Assembly (NCBI GenBank): GCA_963627995.1
Contig: CAVGCV010000010.1
Span: 954-64,953, forward strand
DNA from: a bacterium
Lineage (GTDB): Bacteria > Bacteroidota > Bacteroidia > Bacteroidales > Bacteroidaceae
Length of the DNA: 64,000 nt
Reading direction: 5' to 3'
The notes under the pieces were generated by a model that saw nothing but the letters and a program-made list of their open reading frames with translations, searched no databases and was not told the origin of the DNA. Position numbers and translations under genes: made by a program. Below, one piece after another: positions 39,987-51,346 of this stretch; the stretch's first letter is position 1, and each line of letters opens with the position of its first letter.

Positions 39987-40616
39987 TCACTCTGCCGGGA
40001 ATCCTACGGGGTTGTTAAGCAGGGGCGTCTGCTGCTCGCCGAGGTGGAGCAGTTCCCGAATCTTGCCTGCTTCCATCGAGCCGCGAGGAACGGTGGCCAG
40101 TCCGGCGGCCGCGCAGTAAAGGCTGATGTTCTCGGACACGATGCCCGCGTCGATGGCGACTGTCATCCGCGCGTGCGTGTCGTCGCGCCCGAACTTCTCC
40201 ATGTCGCCAACCAGGACGATGCACACTGGCGCCTTGGCCACTGACTCCTGCCGCCCGGCAACGATGGAACGGTGGTCGCCGTCAGCCTTGTGGATGAGGG
40301 CGTTTTTCACGGCGTCGTATTCGTACACGGCTGCCGGCATGAACACGAACAGCCGGATTTCTTTACGGTTCATGGCGGACGGAGCGGTGCGGTGGTCGTT
40401 GTCGCGGCTGACACCGCAAGCCGCCCACAGCAGGTCGGCCACGTCTTGCTGCGAGAGCTGCTTGTCCTGGAACTGGCGGACAGACTTCCGCTGCGCCAGC
40501 GCCTGCATGGTGGGGAGGGTTTGTCGGCCCATGTCGGGAGCGGGTAGCGAGATGTCCTGCGCCGAAACGCAGAGGCTTGTTGCGAACAGCGCCGCAAGGA
40601 GGATGTTTCGTTTCAT
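39987..40616 (-). CDS. Nitroreductase-family (SagB-type) protein with an N-terminal signal peptide
   Basis: ORF trimmed to MKRNILLAALFATSLCVSAQ (ATG complement 40614-40616). RKSVRQFQDKQLSQQDVADLLWAACGVSR...RTAPSA and a C-terminal GFP are typical of the family. 209 aa. Confidence 0.85.
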   Translation of the reverse strand: MKRNILLAALFATSLCVSAQDISLPAPDMGRQTLPTMQALAQRKSVRQFQDKQLSQQDVADLLWAACGVSRDNDHRTAPSAMNRKEIRLFVFMPAAVYEYDAVKNALIHKADGDHRSIVAGRQESVAKAPVCIVLVGDMEKFGRDDTHARMTVAIDAGIVSENISLYCAAAGLATVPRGSMEAGKIRELLHLGEQQTPLLNNPVGFPAE

Positions 40617-40646
40617 TTGGGATTGATTTTTTGGATTGGGTGTTTG

Positions 40647-40654
40647 CAAATGTA
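40647..40654 (-). promoter_or_regulatory. -7 promoter box TACATTTG for the nitroreductase gene
   Basis: + strand caaatgta, reverse complement TACATTTG, 31 bp upstream of the ATG. Confidence 0.45.
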
Positions 40655-40844
40655 CGAAAAACGATGGGCTTGCCATGATTTTCCTGCGGAAAAAACCATG
40701 GATGGACGGAATTCCATGTTTTCCCGGGATTGGGCGGGAAGGCGAGGCTTCGCGTATTTCTCATAGGAGGGAAAACGCCGCCCTCTTGGTTTGGTTGCAA
40801 ATGCCTGTGTATCATCATTTTGCGCATACCTTGCCTCCGCGCCG

Positions 40845-40952
40845 AAAAACACTGCGGAGGAAAGTCCCGCGCTCCGCAGAGAAAATATATTTTGTCTGCG
40901 GACGAAAAATATTTTCTCTGCGGACGTTTTTTCGCTCCTCCGCAGTGTTTTT
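40845..40952 (+). repeat. Copy 4 of the five-module CTGCGGAG element (F-R-F-F-R; 17-bp perfect terminal inverted repeats)
   Basis: Cores at 40851, 40873, 40895, 40917 and 40939, all 22 bp apart. GAAAAACACTGCGGAGG (40844-40860) is the exact reverse complement of 40937-40953. Confidence 0.9.
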
Positions 40953-41169
40953 CTTTGACGTTCTAAGTCGTTGAACGACAGTGTCTTTGAATGTCGCCGC
41001 TCGAGGTGCCGACTTCCTCTGGATGTTGCGCCGCAAGGCGTGAAAGCCGGCAGTGTTGGGAATTTCGTAAAAAATGTTCTTTTATGGCTTTTTCACAAAG
41101 TCCGCTTTGTCGGTGTTGGGCAAATGCCTAATTTAGCACTCCGAAAAGAATACCAATCTTTAATCCAAC

Positions 41170-42255
41170 ATGAAGAATAACAATAACTATTGTGTTATTT
41201 TAGCGGGAGGCATCGGTACTCGTCTCTGGCCGTCGAGCCGCCAGCAAAGGCCCAAGCAATTTCTTGATTTTTTCAACAACGGAGAAACGCTCCTGCAGAT
41301 GACCTACAAGCGTTACCTCCGCTTTATAGACAGGGAGAACATCCTTGTCATCTCCAACCACCAGTATGAGGCCCTTGTCCGGGAGCAGTTGCCGGCCCTG
41401 TCCGACGGTAACCTGCTGCTGGAGCCGATGCGGCGCGACACCGTGCCCAGCGTGGCCTGGGCGGCGGTGGAGATTGCCCGCCGCAATCCCGAGGCCTGCA
41501 TGGTGGTCACTCCGGCCGACCAGGTGATAACGAAGGGCGCGGCGTTCGAGGAGGACATCCTCCTGGGCCTCGACTATGTGCGCCGCCACGCGCGCCTGCT
41601 GACCTTGGGCATCGTGCCCACCCGCCCCGAGACCGCCTATGGCTACATACAGATGGCGGACAAGATGGAGCAGGACATCTACCGCGTGCAGTCGTTCACG
41701 GAGAAGCCCGAGCAGGAGTTCGCGCGGCTGTTTGTCGAGAACAAGGAGTTTCTGTGGAACACGGGGCTGTTCATCTGGGGCGTCCAGACGTTCGTCTCGA
41801 CCATGCGCGAGCAGTTCGACCTGTTCGAGACCATGATGGAGGACGCGGAGACGTGCCTGGAGCGGGGAACGGCCATCGGGAAGCTGGTGGAGAACGCCTT
41901 TGCCGTGTGCCCCAATGTGTCGCTGGAGCAGGGCGTGCTGGAGAAGATGGACAATGTGGACGTGATGCTCTGCCATTTCGGGTGGTCGGACATCGGCACG
42001 TGGGACGCCCTTTACGACGTCCTCCCCAAGACGTCGGGCAACAACGTGGTCATGTCGTCCCGGGCCATGCTCTACGACTGCAAGGACTGCATCGTCAAGC
42101 TGCCGTCGGGGAAAATCGCCGTTGTGCAGGGACTGGAGGACTACGTGGTGGCCGACGAGGGGAACATCCTCGTGATTTGCCGCAAGGACGACCAGGGCGC
42201 AATCCGCAAATTCGTGAACGACGTGCAGCTCACCGCCGGCGACGAGTTCGTCTGA
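41170..42255 (+). CDS. Mannose-1-phosphate guanylyltransferase
   Basis: 361 aa. YCVILAGGIGTRLWPSSRQQRPKQF nucleotidyltransferase motif, EPMRRDT, YGYIQ. No C-terminal PMI/cupin extension recognised. Confidence 0.88.
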   Translation: MKNNNNYCVILAGGIGTRLWPSSRQQRPKQFLDFFNNGETLLQMTYKRYLRFIDRENILVISNHQYEALVREQLPALSDGNLLLEPMRRDTVPSVAWAAVEIARRNPEACMVVTPADQVITKGAAFEEDILLGLDYVRRHARLLTLGIVPTRPETAYGYIQMADKMEQDIYRVQSFTEKPEQEFARLFVENKEFLWNTGLFIWGVQTFVSTMREQFDLFETMMEDAETCLERGTAIGKLVENAFAVCPNVSLEQGVLEKMDNVDVMLCHFGWSDIGTWDALYDVLPKTSGNNVVMSSRAMLYDCKDCIVKLPSGKIAVVQGLEDYVVADEGNILVICRKDDQGAIRKFVNDVQLTAGDEFV

Positions 42256-42288
42256 TTCAGGGGGAGCGCGGTTCTTGACGTGACAAAA

Positions 42289-42332
42289 CGCAGCAGGGGG
42301 ATTCGCCATTGCCGGCGAATCCCCCTGCTGCG
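42289..42332. terminator. Strong hairpin between convergent genes (T-tract on the minus-strand side)
   Basis: Perfect 19-bp stem CGCAGCAGGGGGATTCGCC / GGCGAATCCCCCTGCTGCG with a 6-nt loop. Confidence 0.7.
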
Positions 42333-42344
42333 CGATGGCGCCGC

Positions 42345-43493
42345 TTACAGTAGCTTCTGGATTTCAGTCTCCAGGTTCTGCACTGCGTCGCTGCGCTTCA
42401 CGATTTCGTTCTCCCTGTTGATGAGGAAGAACGTCGGCAGTGCCTGGACGCCATAGGTCTTGGTGGCCGTTCCGTTCGTCTCGTGTACGCAAATCCATGG
42501 CAGGTTCTCGACGGAGAACTGCCAGAAGTGGATGTCGTCGTCCAGGGACACTTGGTAAATCTCCAGCCCGCGCTCGTGGTACTTGTCGTACAGCTCGCGC
42601 ATCATGCGCGTGCGGACGGCCGAGTCCTTTCCGCCGTACATCGTGAAGTCGAGCAGCACGACTTTCCCCTTCAGCCCCGACAGCGTGTGCAGCTTGCTGT
42701 GGATGTCGGGCAGTTCCATGTCGATGATTCCTGTTTCCGTGATTTTCGACTCGTCGATGTCGATGGCCCGCTGTTGCCGCGGGGCCGTGTTCTCCATTCC
42801 TCGGATGGCTGCCTGGCAGATGCGCTCGGTGCGGGGAGCGTCGTGGTACAGTCCGTCCCAGGCCGTGGCGATGGTGGCGTAGCACTTCACGTCCTCGCGG
42901 CTGTTCATGGGGTCGAATAGCAGGTGGGTGCCGAACAGGTCGGTAATCGACTGGCAAACGGCGTAGTAGGCGTATGCTTCTTGCGGTGCTTTGAAGATGT
43001 AGTCGTTCCGCATCTTCTCCTTGTAGCTTCTGACGAGGCTGTCGATTTCGTCCGCCTTGTCGCCGGGCAGCATCTCCTCGTTGCGCTCAATCGCCACCAC
43101 CTTTCGCTGCAATTCCTGCTGGAGCGTGTGGATTTCCTTAATCTTTAAGGCACTTTCCGAGCCTTCCACTTCGTAGTCGCTCATCATCGTCGGGTAGGAC
43201 GCGCGCAGTGTGACCGTCTCTGTCGAGTCGATGGAGAAATAAATGTGTTTCCTCCCGACGCGAAGCATGTAGAACTCGGGCGTCTCACTGCGGTTCCTCC
43301 GAAACTCGAATTTTCCGTCTTCTTTCAGCCTTACGGAGTCGATGGCTTCGAACACGTTGTCCAGATTCATCACCTCCATATACAGCGTACTGTCCTTCGC
43401 TCCCCCGATAGAACCCTGCACGCAGAACTGCGGCTGCCTGTCGCAGGCGGCAAGCGTGAGGATGGCAGAAATGCCCAACAAAAATTTCTTCAT
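42345..43493 (-). CDS. DUF4369-like / thioredoxin-fold (TlpA-like) lipoprotein lacking the CXXC active site
   Basis: 382 aa. Lipoprotein signal LTLAACD. N-terminal region like the DUF4369 domain found on Bacteroidota TlpA-like proteins. C-terminal Trx fold (GKVVLLDFTMYGGKDSAVRTRMMRELYDKY...ALPTFFLINRENEIV) has MYGGKDS where WCxxC is expected. Confidence 0.75.
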   Translation of the reverse strand: MKKFLLGISAILTLAACDRQPQFCVQGSIGGAKDSTLYMEVMNLDNVFEAIDSVRLKEDGKFEFRRNRSETPEFYMLRVGRKHIYFSIDSTETVTLRASYPTMMSDYEVEGSESALKIKEIHTLQQELQRKVVAIERNEEMLPGDKADEIDSLVRSYKEKMRNDYIFKAPQEAYAYYAVCQSITDLFGTHLLFDPMNSREDVKCYATIATAWDGLYHDAPRTERICQAAIRGMENTAPRQQRAIDIDESKITETGIIDMELPDIHSKLHTLSGLKGKVVLLDFTMYGGKDSAVRTRMMRELYDKYHERGLEIYQVSLDDDIHFWQFSVENLPWICVHETNGTATKTYGVQALPTFFLINRENEIVKRSDAVQNLETEIQKLL

Positions 43494-43517
43494 TTTTCTT
43501 GTTTTTCAGAATGGTTG

Positions 43518-43525
43518 CAAATTTA
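43518..43525 (-). promoter_or_regulatory. -7 promoter box TAAATTTG for the thioredoxin-fold lipoprotein gene
   Basis: + strand caaattta, reverse complement TAAATTTG, 25 bp upstream of the ATG at 43493. Confidence 0.45.
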
Positions 43526-43609
43526 GCGTTTTTCCCAAGCACAGCCGTTGTTGAGGCTGCCCTTTTGCAAAAAAGACAGCGGAACGTTGCGCAAGCGGCG
43601 GAAAAGTCG

Positions 43610-43617
43610 TAATTTTG
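43610..43617 (+). promoter_or_regulatory. -7 promoter box TAATTTTG for tig
   Basis: Exact TAnnTTTG match 91 bp upstream of the ATG at 43708. Confidence 0.45.
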
Positions 43618-43707
43618 CATCTCGTTTGTGTTCCGCTCTTTCGCAGCGGGTTACGGCGGTGCGGTTTGAAACAATGTCGAAATAAAACTATTACAGACAA
43701 TAACAAG

Positions 43708-45057
43708 ATGAATATCTCATTGCAGAAGGCCGACGCGCTCAATGGCACGATGACTGTCGTGGTTGAGCCGGCTGATTACGAAGAGAAGGTGGCAAAAGCC
43801 ATCAAGGATTATAGCAAGAAAGTGAACATGCCGGGCTTCCGTCCGGGAAAAGTTCCCGCTATGCTGGTGAAGAAGCAGTATGGAGCGTCGATTCTGGCGG
43901 AGGAAGTGAACAAGATTCTTCAGGATGGGCTTTACAACTATGTCCGCGACAAAAAGGTGAACATGCTGGGCGAGCCGCTTTCCACGGAGGAAAACAGCAA
44001 GGTGGAGCTGGTTGATGGCGGGACGTTCACTTTTACGTTCGACCTCGCCTTTGCGCCGGAGTTCAAGGTGGCGCTGTCGGACAAGGACAACGTGCCTTAC
44101 TACGACGTGACGGTCAGCGCCGAGATGGTGGACAATCAGGTGCAGATGTACCGCCAGCGTGGCGGACGCTATGACAAGGTGGACTCTTACGAGGAGAACG
44201 ACATGGTCAAGGGCGTCGTCACGGAGCTTGACGAGGCTGGCAGCGCGAAAGAGGGCGGCATCGAGGCCAAGGACGTTGTGATGCTTCCCAAGTATTTCAG
44301 GAACGACGCCCAGAAGGCCCTGTTTGCTGGCGCAAAGCCGAACGACGTGGTGAGGTTCAACCCGTCGGTGGCCTACGATGGCAGCGAGACGGAGCTTGCC
44401 AGTCTGCTGAAGATCGGAAAGGAAAGCGTGGCCGACCACAAGGGAGACTTCAATTTCCAAATCACGGAGATTACGCGCTACGTTCCGGGCGACTTGAACC
44501 AGGAGCTGTTCGACAACGTGTTCCCGAAGGGCACGGTGACGACCGCCGAGGGCTTTGCCGCCAAGATTAAGGAAGAGATTGAACGGCAGTTCAGAAAAGA
44601 CAGCGACTACAAGTTCTTGACCGACCTGCGTAAGTACATCACGGCAAAGGTCGGAAAGCTGGAGTTCCCGGAAGAGAAACTGAAGCGCATCATGCTGAAC
44701 AATGCGAACAACGACGCGAAGAAAGTGGACGAGAACTATGAGAAGAGCCTCGAGGAGCTGAAGTGGCACCTGATTAAGGAGCAGCTGGTGGAGCAGACCG
44801 GTGTGAAAGTTGACGACAAGGACGTGGTGGAGATGGCCAAGGAGGTGACGCGCATGCAGTTCGCCCAATACGGGATGCTCAACGTTCCCGATGAATACAT
44901 CGACAATTCGGTGAAGGAGATGATGAAGAAGCGCGAGACGGTGGACAACCTTGTCAACCGCAGCATCGAGGTGAAACTGGGCAGTGCGCTGAAAGAAAAG
45001 GTGACGCTTGACCATAAGCAGGTGACGGCGGAGGAGTTCAACAAGATGTTCGAGTAA
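43708..45057 (+). CDS. tig: Trigger factor
   Basis: ORF 43615.. trimmed to MNISLQKADALNGTMTVVVEPADYEEKV (ATG 43708). PGFRPGKVP motif. 449 aa. Sits upstream of clpP-clpX as in many bacteria. Confidence 0.93.
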   Translation: MNISLQKADALNGTMTVVVEPADYEEKVAKAIKDYSKKVNMPGFRPGKVPAMLVKKQYGASILAEEVNKILQDGLYNYVRDKKVNMLGEPLSTEENSKVELVDGGTFTFTFDLAFAPEFKVALSDKDNVPYYDVTVSAEMVDNQVQMYRQRGGRYDKVDSYEENDMVKGVVTELDEAGSAKEGGIEAKDVVMLPKYFRNDAQKALFAGAKPNDVVRFNPSVAYDGSETELASLLKIGKESVADHKGDFNFQITEITRYVPGDLNQELFDNVFPKGTVTTAEGFAAKIKEEIERQFRKDSDYKFLTDLRKYITAKVGKLEFPEEKLKRIMLNNANNDAKKVDENYEKSLEELKWHLIKEQLVEQTGVKVDDKDVVEMAKEVTRMQFAQYGMLNVPDEYIDNSVKEMMKKRETVDNLVNRSIEVKLGSALKEKVTLDHKQVTAEEFNKMFE

Positions 45058-45099
45058 GCCGGAACTCCACGTGCGGCCTCGGCTGCTGAGGAAAATGAA

Positions 45100-45135
45100 A
45101 AAATCGCAGGTAGGGCGTCTTACTTGCGATTTTTC
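45100..45135 (+). terminator. Rho-independent terminator after tig
   Basis: AAAATCGCAGGTA / TACTTGCGATTTT stem (one G-U pair), 8-nt loop, T-tract. Confidence 0.65.
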
Positions 45136-45137
45136 GT

Positions 45138-45145
45138 TATCTTTG
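45138..45145 (+). promoter_or_regulatory. -7 promoter box TATCTTTG for clpP-clpX
   Basis: Exact TAnnTTTG match 85 bp upstream of the clpP ATG. Confidence 0.45.
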
Positions 45146-45229
45146 CACGAAATTCTGCCTTCTTGGCGAGGTGGCGCATGGCGGTTGCCGCGTGTTCGGA
45201 GGCTTCTTTGTGTATAAACAGGATACAAG

Positions 45230-45898
45230 ATGATTAACGATTTCAAAAAGTATGCGACAGGCCATCTGGGCATCAACAGCATGGTTCTCGACGATGTGGT
45301 GAAGTCGCAGGCCGGATACTTGAACCCATACATTCTTGAGGAGAGGCAGTTGAACGTGACCCAGTTGGATGTGTTTTCTCGTTTGATGATGGACCGCATC
45401 ATCTTTTTGGGAACGGAAGTGAACGATTATACGGCGAACGTGCTGCAGGCGCAGATGCTCTACCTCGACTCGGTGGACAGCGGGAAGGACATCAGCATTT
45501 ACATCAATTCCCCCGGAGGCAGTGTGAGCGCAGGGCTTGGCATCTACGACACCATGCAGTTCATCAACTCCGACGTGCAGACCATCTGCACGGGGATGGC
45601 TGCGTCAATGGCAGCCGTGCTGCTGGTGGCCGGGCAGAAAGGCAAACGCTCGGCCCTGCCCCATAGCCGCGTGATGATTCACCAGCCGATGGGTGGCGCC
45701 CAGGGGCAGGCCAGCGACATTGAAATCACGGCGCGGGAAATCCAGAAGCTGAAGAAAGAGCTCTATACCATCATAGCCGACCATTCGGGGCAGCCTTTCG
45801 ACAAGGTGTGGGCGGACTCGGACCGCGACTATTGGATGACGGCTGATGAGGCCAAGGAGTATGGCATGATAGACGATGTCCTTGCGAGAAAAAAATAA
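45230..45898 (+). CDS. clpP: ATP-dependent Clp protease proteolytic subunit
   Basis: 222 aa. [31 protein letters not shown] (active-site Ser), HQPMGG. Confidence 0.97.
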   Translation: MINDFKKYATGHLGINSMVLDDVVKSQAGYLNPYILEERQLNVTQLDVFSRLMMDRIIFLGTEVNDYTANVLQAQMLYLDSVDSGKDISIYINSPGGSVSAGLGIYDTMQFINSDVQTICTGMAASMAAVLLVAGQKGKRSALPHSRVMIHQPMGGAQGQASDIEITAREIQKLKKELYTIIADHSGQPFDKVWADSDRDYWMTADEAKEYGMIDDVLARKK

Positions 45899-45907
45899 GG
45901 AGAGAGC

Positions 45908-47140
45908 ATGGCGAAAGAACAAAGGTGCGTACTCTGTGGCAGGAGCAGTCGGGAAGTGGACTTGCTGATCAATGGCTCTGAGGGGTGTGTGTGCGGAGAA
46001 TGCGTGGAGGATGCCCATCGGATTGTCTTGGAGAACAGCAAGTCGAAAGCGCCGGCCCTGCGGCTGACGAAACTGCCGAAGCCGACGGAAATCAAGGCTT
46101 ATTTGGACCAGTACGTAATAGGGCAGGACGATGCGAAGAAAGCCCTTTCCGTGGCGGTCTACAACCATTATAAACGTTTGCGCGAAGGCGACCATTCGGC
46201 GGATGACGAAGTGGAGCTGGAGAAGTCGAACATCATCATGGTGGGGAGTACGGGAACGGGCAAGACACTGCTGGCCAAGACGATAGCGCGGCTGCTGGTT
46301 GTTCCTTTCACGATTGTCGATGCGACGGTCCTGACGGAGGCCGGCTATGTGGGGGAAGATGTGGAGAGCTTGCTCTCGCGGCTGCTTCAGGAATGCGACT
46401 ACGACCCGAAGCGGGCGGAGCAGGGCATTGTCTTTATTGACGAAATCGACAAAATTGCACGCAAGGGCGACAACCCGTCGATTACGCGCGACGTGAGCGG
46501 CGAGGGCGTGCAGCAGGGGTTGCTGAAGCTTCTGGAGGGTTCGGTCGTCAATGTCCCTCCCTATGGCGGGCGGAAGCATCCCGAGCAGAAGTTCATCCAA
46601 GTAGATACGAAGAATATTCTTTTCATTTGCGGCGGCGCGTTCGATGGGATAGAAAAGCGTATCGCGCAACGGTTGAACACCCACGTCGTGGGCTTTGATG
46701 CAGTGCAGAACGTGACCAAAATCGACAAGTCGAACCTGATGCAGTACATCGCGCCGATGGACTTGAAGGCGTTCGGTCTGATTCCTGAAATCATAGGGCG
46801 TATGCCGATTTTGACCCACCTTGAGCCCCTTGACCGCACTGCGCTGCGGTCGATTCTGACCGAGCCGAAGAACTCGATAGTCAAGCAGTATGTACGGCTG
46901 TTCGACTTGGATGGTGTGAAGCTGACGTTTGAGGACGCGGCTTTGGACTATGTGGTGGATAAGGCTGTCGAATACCATTTGGGCGCCAGGGGCTTGCGCT
47001 CTATTGTCGAGTCCATCATGATGGATCCGATGTTTGAAATACCTGCGCGGAACGTGGCGGAATTTAAGGTGACGCTTGACTTTGCAAAGAAACAGATAGA
47101 AAAGACAAATATGGCTGTGCTGCAAGAGCGGCAGGGGTAG
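45908..47140 (+). CDS. clpX: ATP-dependent Clp protease ATP-binding subunit ClpX
   Basis: 410 aa. N-terminal zinc finger CVLCG...CVCGEC, Walker [12 protein letters not shown], Walker [11 protein letters not shown]. Confidence 0.97.
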   Translation: MAKEQRCVLCGRSSREVDLLINGSEGCVCGECVEDAHRIVLENSKSKAPALRLTKLPKPTEIKAYLDQYVIGQDDAKKALSVAVYNHYKRLREGDHSADDEVELEKSNIIMVGSTGTGKTLLAKTIARLLVVPFTIVDATVLTEAGYVGEDVESLLSRLLQECDYDPKRAEQGIVFIDEIDKIARKGDNPSITRDVSGEGVQQGLLKLLEGSVVNVPPYGGRKHPEQKFIQVDTKNILFICGGAFDGIEKRIAQRLNTHVVGFDAVQNVTKIDKSNLMQYIAPMDLKAFGLIPEIIGRMPILTHLEPLDRTALRSILTEPKNSIVKQYVRLFDLDGVKLTFEDAALDYVVDKAVEYHLGARGLRSIVESIMMDPMFEIPARNVAEFKVTLDFAKKQIEKTNMAVLQERQG

Positions 47141-47297
47141 TTTCCTTTGGGCGTAGATGCGGGCGGCGGGGTCTTGATGCCTTTTTGTACGGCAAAGAAT
47201 CGAAGCTCGAGAATCTTATATTGCCAACATTGATAAATAGATTGTTCTCTTTATTCATTTTTTCTTGGATTTATTTGCAAGTTTCACTTTGGACAAA

Positions 47298-47305
47298 TAA
47301 CTTTG
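47298..47305 (+). promoter_or_regulatory. -7 promoter box TAACTTTG for recQ
   Basis: Exact TAnnTTTG match 25 bp upstream of the ATG at 47330 (40 bp upstream of the alternative ATG at 47345). Confidence 0.45.
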
Positions 47306-47329
47306 TTTCCCATAGGTGGCTCGTAGGCC

Positions 47330-49528
47330 ATGAAAGGTGAAACTATGACCAAAGTGACTAAAAACCTGTCCCTGCAAGAGGCTCTAAAATATTATTTTGG
47401 TTTTGACACGTTCAAGGGCGATCAGGCGAAAATCATCCAATGCCTGCTTGATGGCCATGACACGTTCGTGCTGATGCCGACGGGTGGCGGCAAGTCGCTG
47501 TGCTACCAGCTGCCGGCTTTGTTGATGGACGGAACGGCCATTGTCATCTCACCCCTGATTGCCTTGATGAAGAACCAGGTCGATGCCCTTAAACATTATA
47601 GCGAAGAGGACAGTGTCGCCCATTTCATCAACTCGTCTTTGAATAAGGGAAGTATTGAGCAGGTGAAGCAGGACGTGCTTTCGGGTAAGACGAAGCTCTT
47701 GTATGTCGCTCCCGAGTCGCTGACGAAAGACGAATACGTGGAGTTCCTGCGTGGCGTGAAAATATCATTCTATGCGATTGACGAGGCGCATTGCATCTCG
47801 GAGTGGGGGCATGACTTCCGCCCGGAGTACCGGAGGATACGTCCGATTATCAATGAAATAGGCGCAGCCCCCATCATAGCTCTGACGGCGACGGCTACGG
47901 ACAAGGTTCGTGCCGACATCAAAAAGAATCTTGGAATTGTTGATGCCGTGGACTTTAAGTCCTCGTTCAACCGCCCCAACCTCTATTACGAGGTGCGCCC
48001 CAAGACGAAGGACGTGGATAAGGAGGTCATCAAGTTCATCAAACAGAACGAGGGGAAGAGTGGCATCATCTATTGCCTTAGTCGGAAAAAGGTGGAAGAG
48101 CTTGCGGGCATATTGCAGGCGAACGAAATCAAGGCGACGGCCTATCATGCGGGCCTTGATGCGACAACGCGCTCGCAGGCGCAGGACGACTTCATCATGG
48201 AGCGAACCGATGTGATTGTCGCGACGATAGCGTTTGGCATGGGCATTGACAAGCCCGATGTGCGGTTTGTCATACATTATGACATTCCCAAAAGCCTGGA
48301 GGGGTATTATCAGGAAACCGGGCGCGCGGGGCGCGATGGCGGTGAGGGCAAGTGCGTTGCTTTCTTTACCCGCAAGGACCTCCAGAAACTGGAGAAGTTT
48401 ATGGAGGGAAAGCCTATCGCGGAGCAAGACATAGGCCGCCAGCTGTTGCGGGAAACGGCCAACTATTGTGAGTCGTCGGTTTGCCGTCGGAAATTACTGC
48501 TCCATTATTTTGGGGAGAACTATGAGCCCGACAATTGCGAGAATTGCGACAACTGCCTGTATCCCAAGAAAAAGGTGGAGGCAAAAAATGAGCTGCTGCT
48601 GCTGCTGAAAACCATTGCTGCTGTCAAGGAAAAATTCAAGACAGAGTATATCATCGACATCCTTATGGGCCATGAAACTGAAACCATCTTGGCTCATAAG
48701 CATGACAAGCTGGAGATGTTTGGCGAGGGTAGTGACGTGGAGGAAACCATGTGGACTGCGGTCGTCAATCAAGCCATGCTGTCAGAGTATGTCAAAAAGG
48801 ATGTCGAGAACTATGGGATTCTGAAAGTAACCAAGGACGGAGCAAAGTTCATGAAAAAGCCGATTTCCTTCTTGGTGAAAGAAGACAACGACTTTGACGA
48901 CGAATACGACATCATGGATGGCGATGGGGACGGCGGTGTGGACAAGGTGCTTTATGGAATGCTGATTGATTTGAGGAAGTCTTTGTCGAAGAAACTGCAA
49001 ATTCCGCCCTATGTGATTTTCCAGGACAACTCTCTTGAGGCCATGTCCACTTTCTATCCGATTTCGCTGGAGGAGCTACAGAACATTCCGGGGGTAGGTG
49101 TGGGAAAAGCCAAGCGCTATGGGTCTGAATTTTGCGAGTTGATTAAGCGCCATTGCGAGGAAAACGAAATTGAACGTCCAACGGATATGCGTGTGCGGAC
49201 TGTTGCCAACAAGTCGAAAATCAAGGTGAGCATCATTCAGAGCGTCGATAGGCAGGTGGCTCTCGACGACATCGCCCTGATGAAGGGCATAGAGTTTAGC
49301 GAGGTGCTTGACGAAATAGAGGCGATTGTGTATAGCGGCACCAAACTGAACATCGACTATTTCTTGGACGAGGTGATGGATGAAGACCGCATTGAGGACA
49401 TTTATGAGTATTTCCGAGAGAGTGAAACCGATGACCTAGAAACTGCCATGGAGAGCCTTGACGAGGACTATACCGAGGATGAGGTGCGTTTGGTGAGAAT
49501 CAAGTTTATTTCGGAAATGGCAAATTGA
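47330..49528 (+). CDS. recQ: ATP-dependent DNA helicase RecQ
   Basis: 732 aa. YFGFDTFKGDQ, MPTGGGKSLCYQLPA, DEAHCISEWGHDFRPEY, zinc-binding CRRK..C..CDNC, C-terminal HRDC region. The start could be 47345. Confidence 0.95.
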   Translation: MKGETMTKVTKNLSLQEALKYYFGFDTFKGDQAKIIQCLLDGHDTFVLMPTGGGKSLCYQLPALLMDGTAIVISPLIALMKNQVDALKHYSEEDSVAHFINSSLNKGSIEQVKQDVLSGKTKLLYVAPESLTKDEYVEFLRGVKISFYAIDEAHCISEWGHDFRPEYRRIRPIINEIGAAPIIALTATATDKVRADIKKNLGIVDAVDFKSSFNRPNLYYEVRPKTKDVDKEVIKFIKQNEGKSGIIYCLSRKKVEELAGILQANEIKATAYHAGLDATTRSQAQDDFIMERTDVIVATIAFGMGIDKPDVRFVIHYDIPKSLEGYYQETGRAGRDGGEGKCVAFFTRKDLQKLEKFMEGKPIAEQDIGRQLLRETANYCESSVCRRKLLLHYFGENYEPDNCENCDNCLYPKKKVEAKNELLLLLKTIAAVKEKFKTEYIIDILMGHETETILAHKHDKLEMFGEGSDVEETMWTAVVNQAMLSEYVKKDVENYGILKVTKDGAKFMKKPISFLVKEDNDFDDEYDIMDGDGDGGVDKVLYGMLIDLRKSLSKKLQIPPYVIFQDNSLEAMSTFYPISLEELQNIPGVGVGKAKRYGSEFCELIKRHCEENEIERPTDMRVRTVANKSKIKVSIIQSVDRQVALDDIALMKGIEFSEVLDEIEAIVYSGTKLNIDYFLDEVMDEDRIEDIYEYFRESETDDLETAMESLDEDYTEDEVRLVRIKFISEMAN

Positions 49529-51145
<1,617 letters not shown>

Positions 51146-51346
51146 TTGGTGCTGATGTGCGGCTATAGGCGGACATTTGCGTTGGGAAGCCATGTGGTGT
51201 AGATGTCGCCGTGATGTCTGCGTTCGGAATTGTTAAAAAACTCTTATATAGGTGGCTGTCAAAAAAACTGGCAGCCATTTATTGTTTTTTTGCGTAACTT
51301 CGCGACGTATTTGTTTTTGCGTATCAACAAAAAACACAATTGGAAA

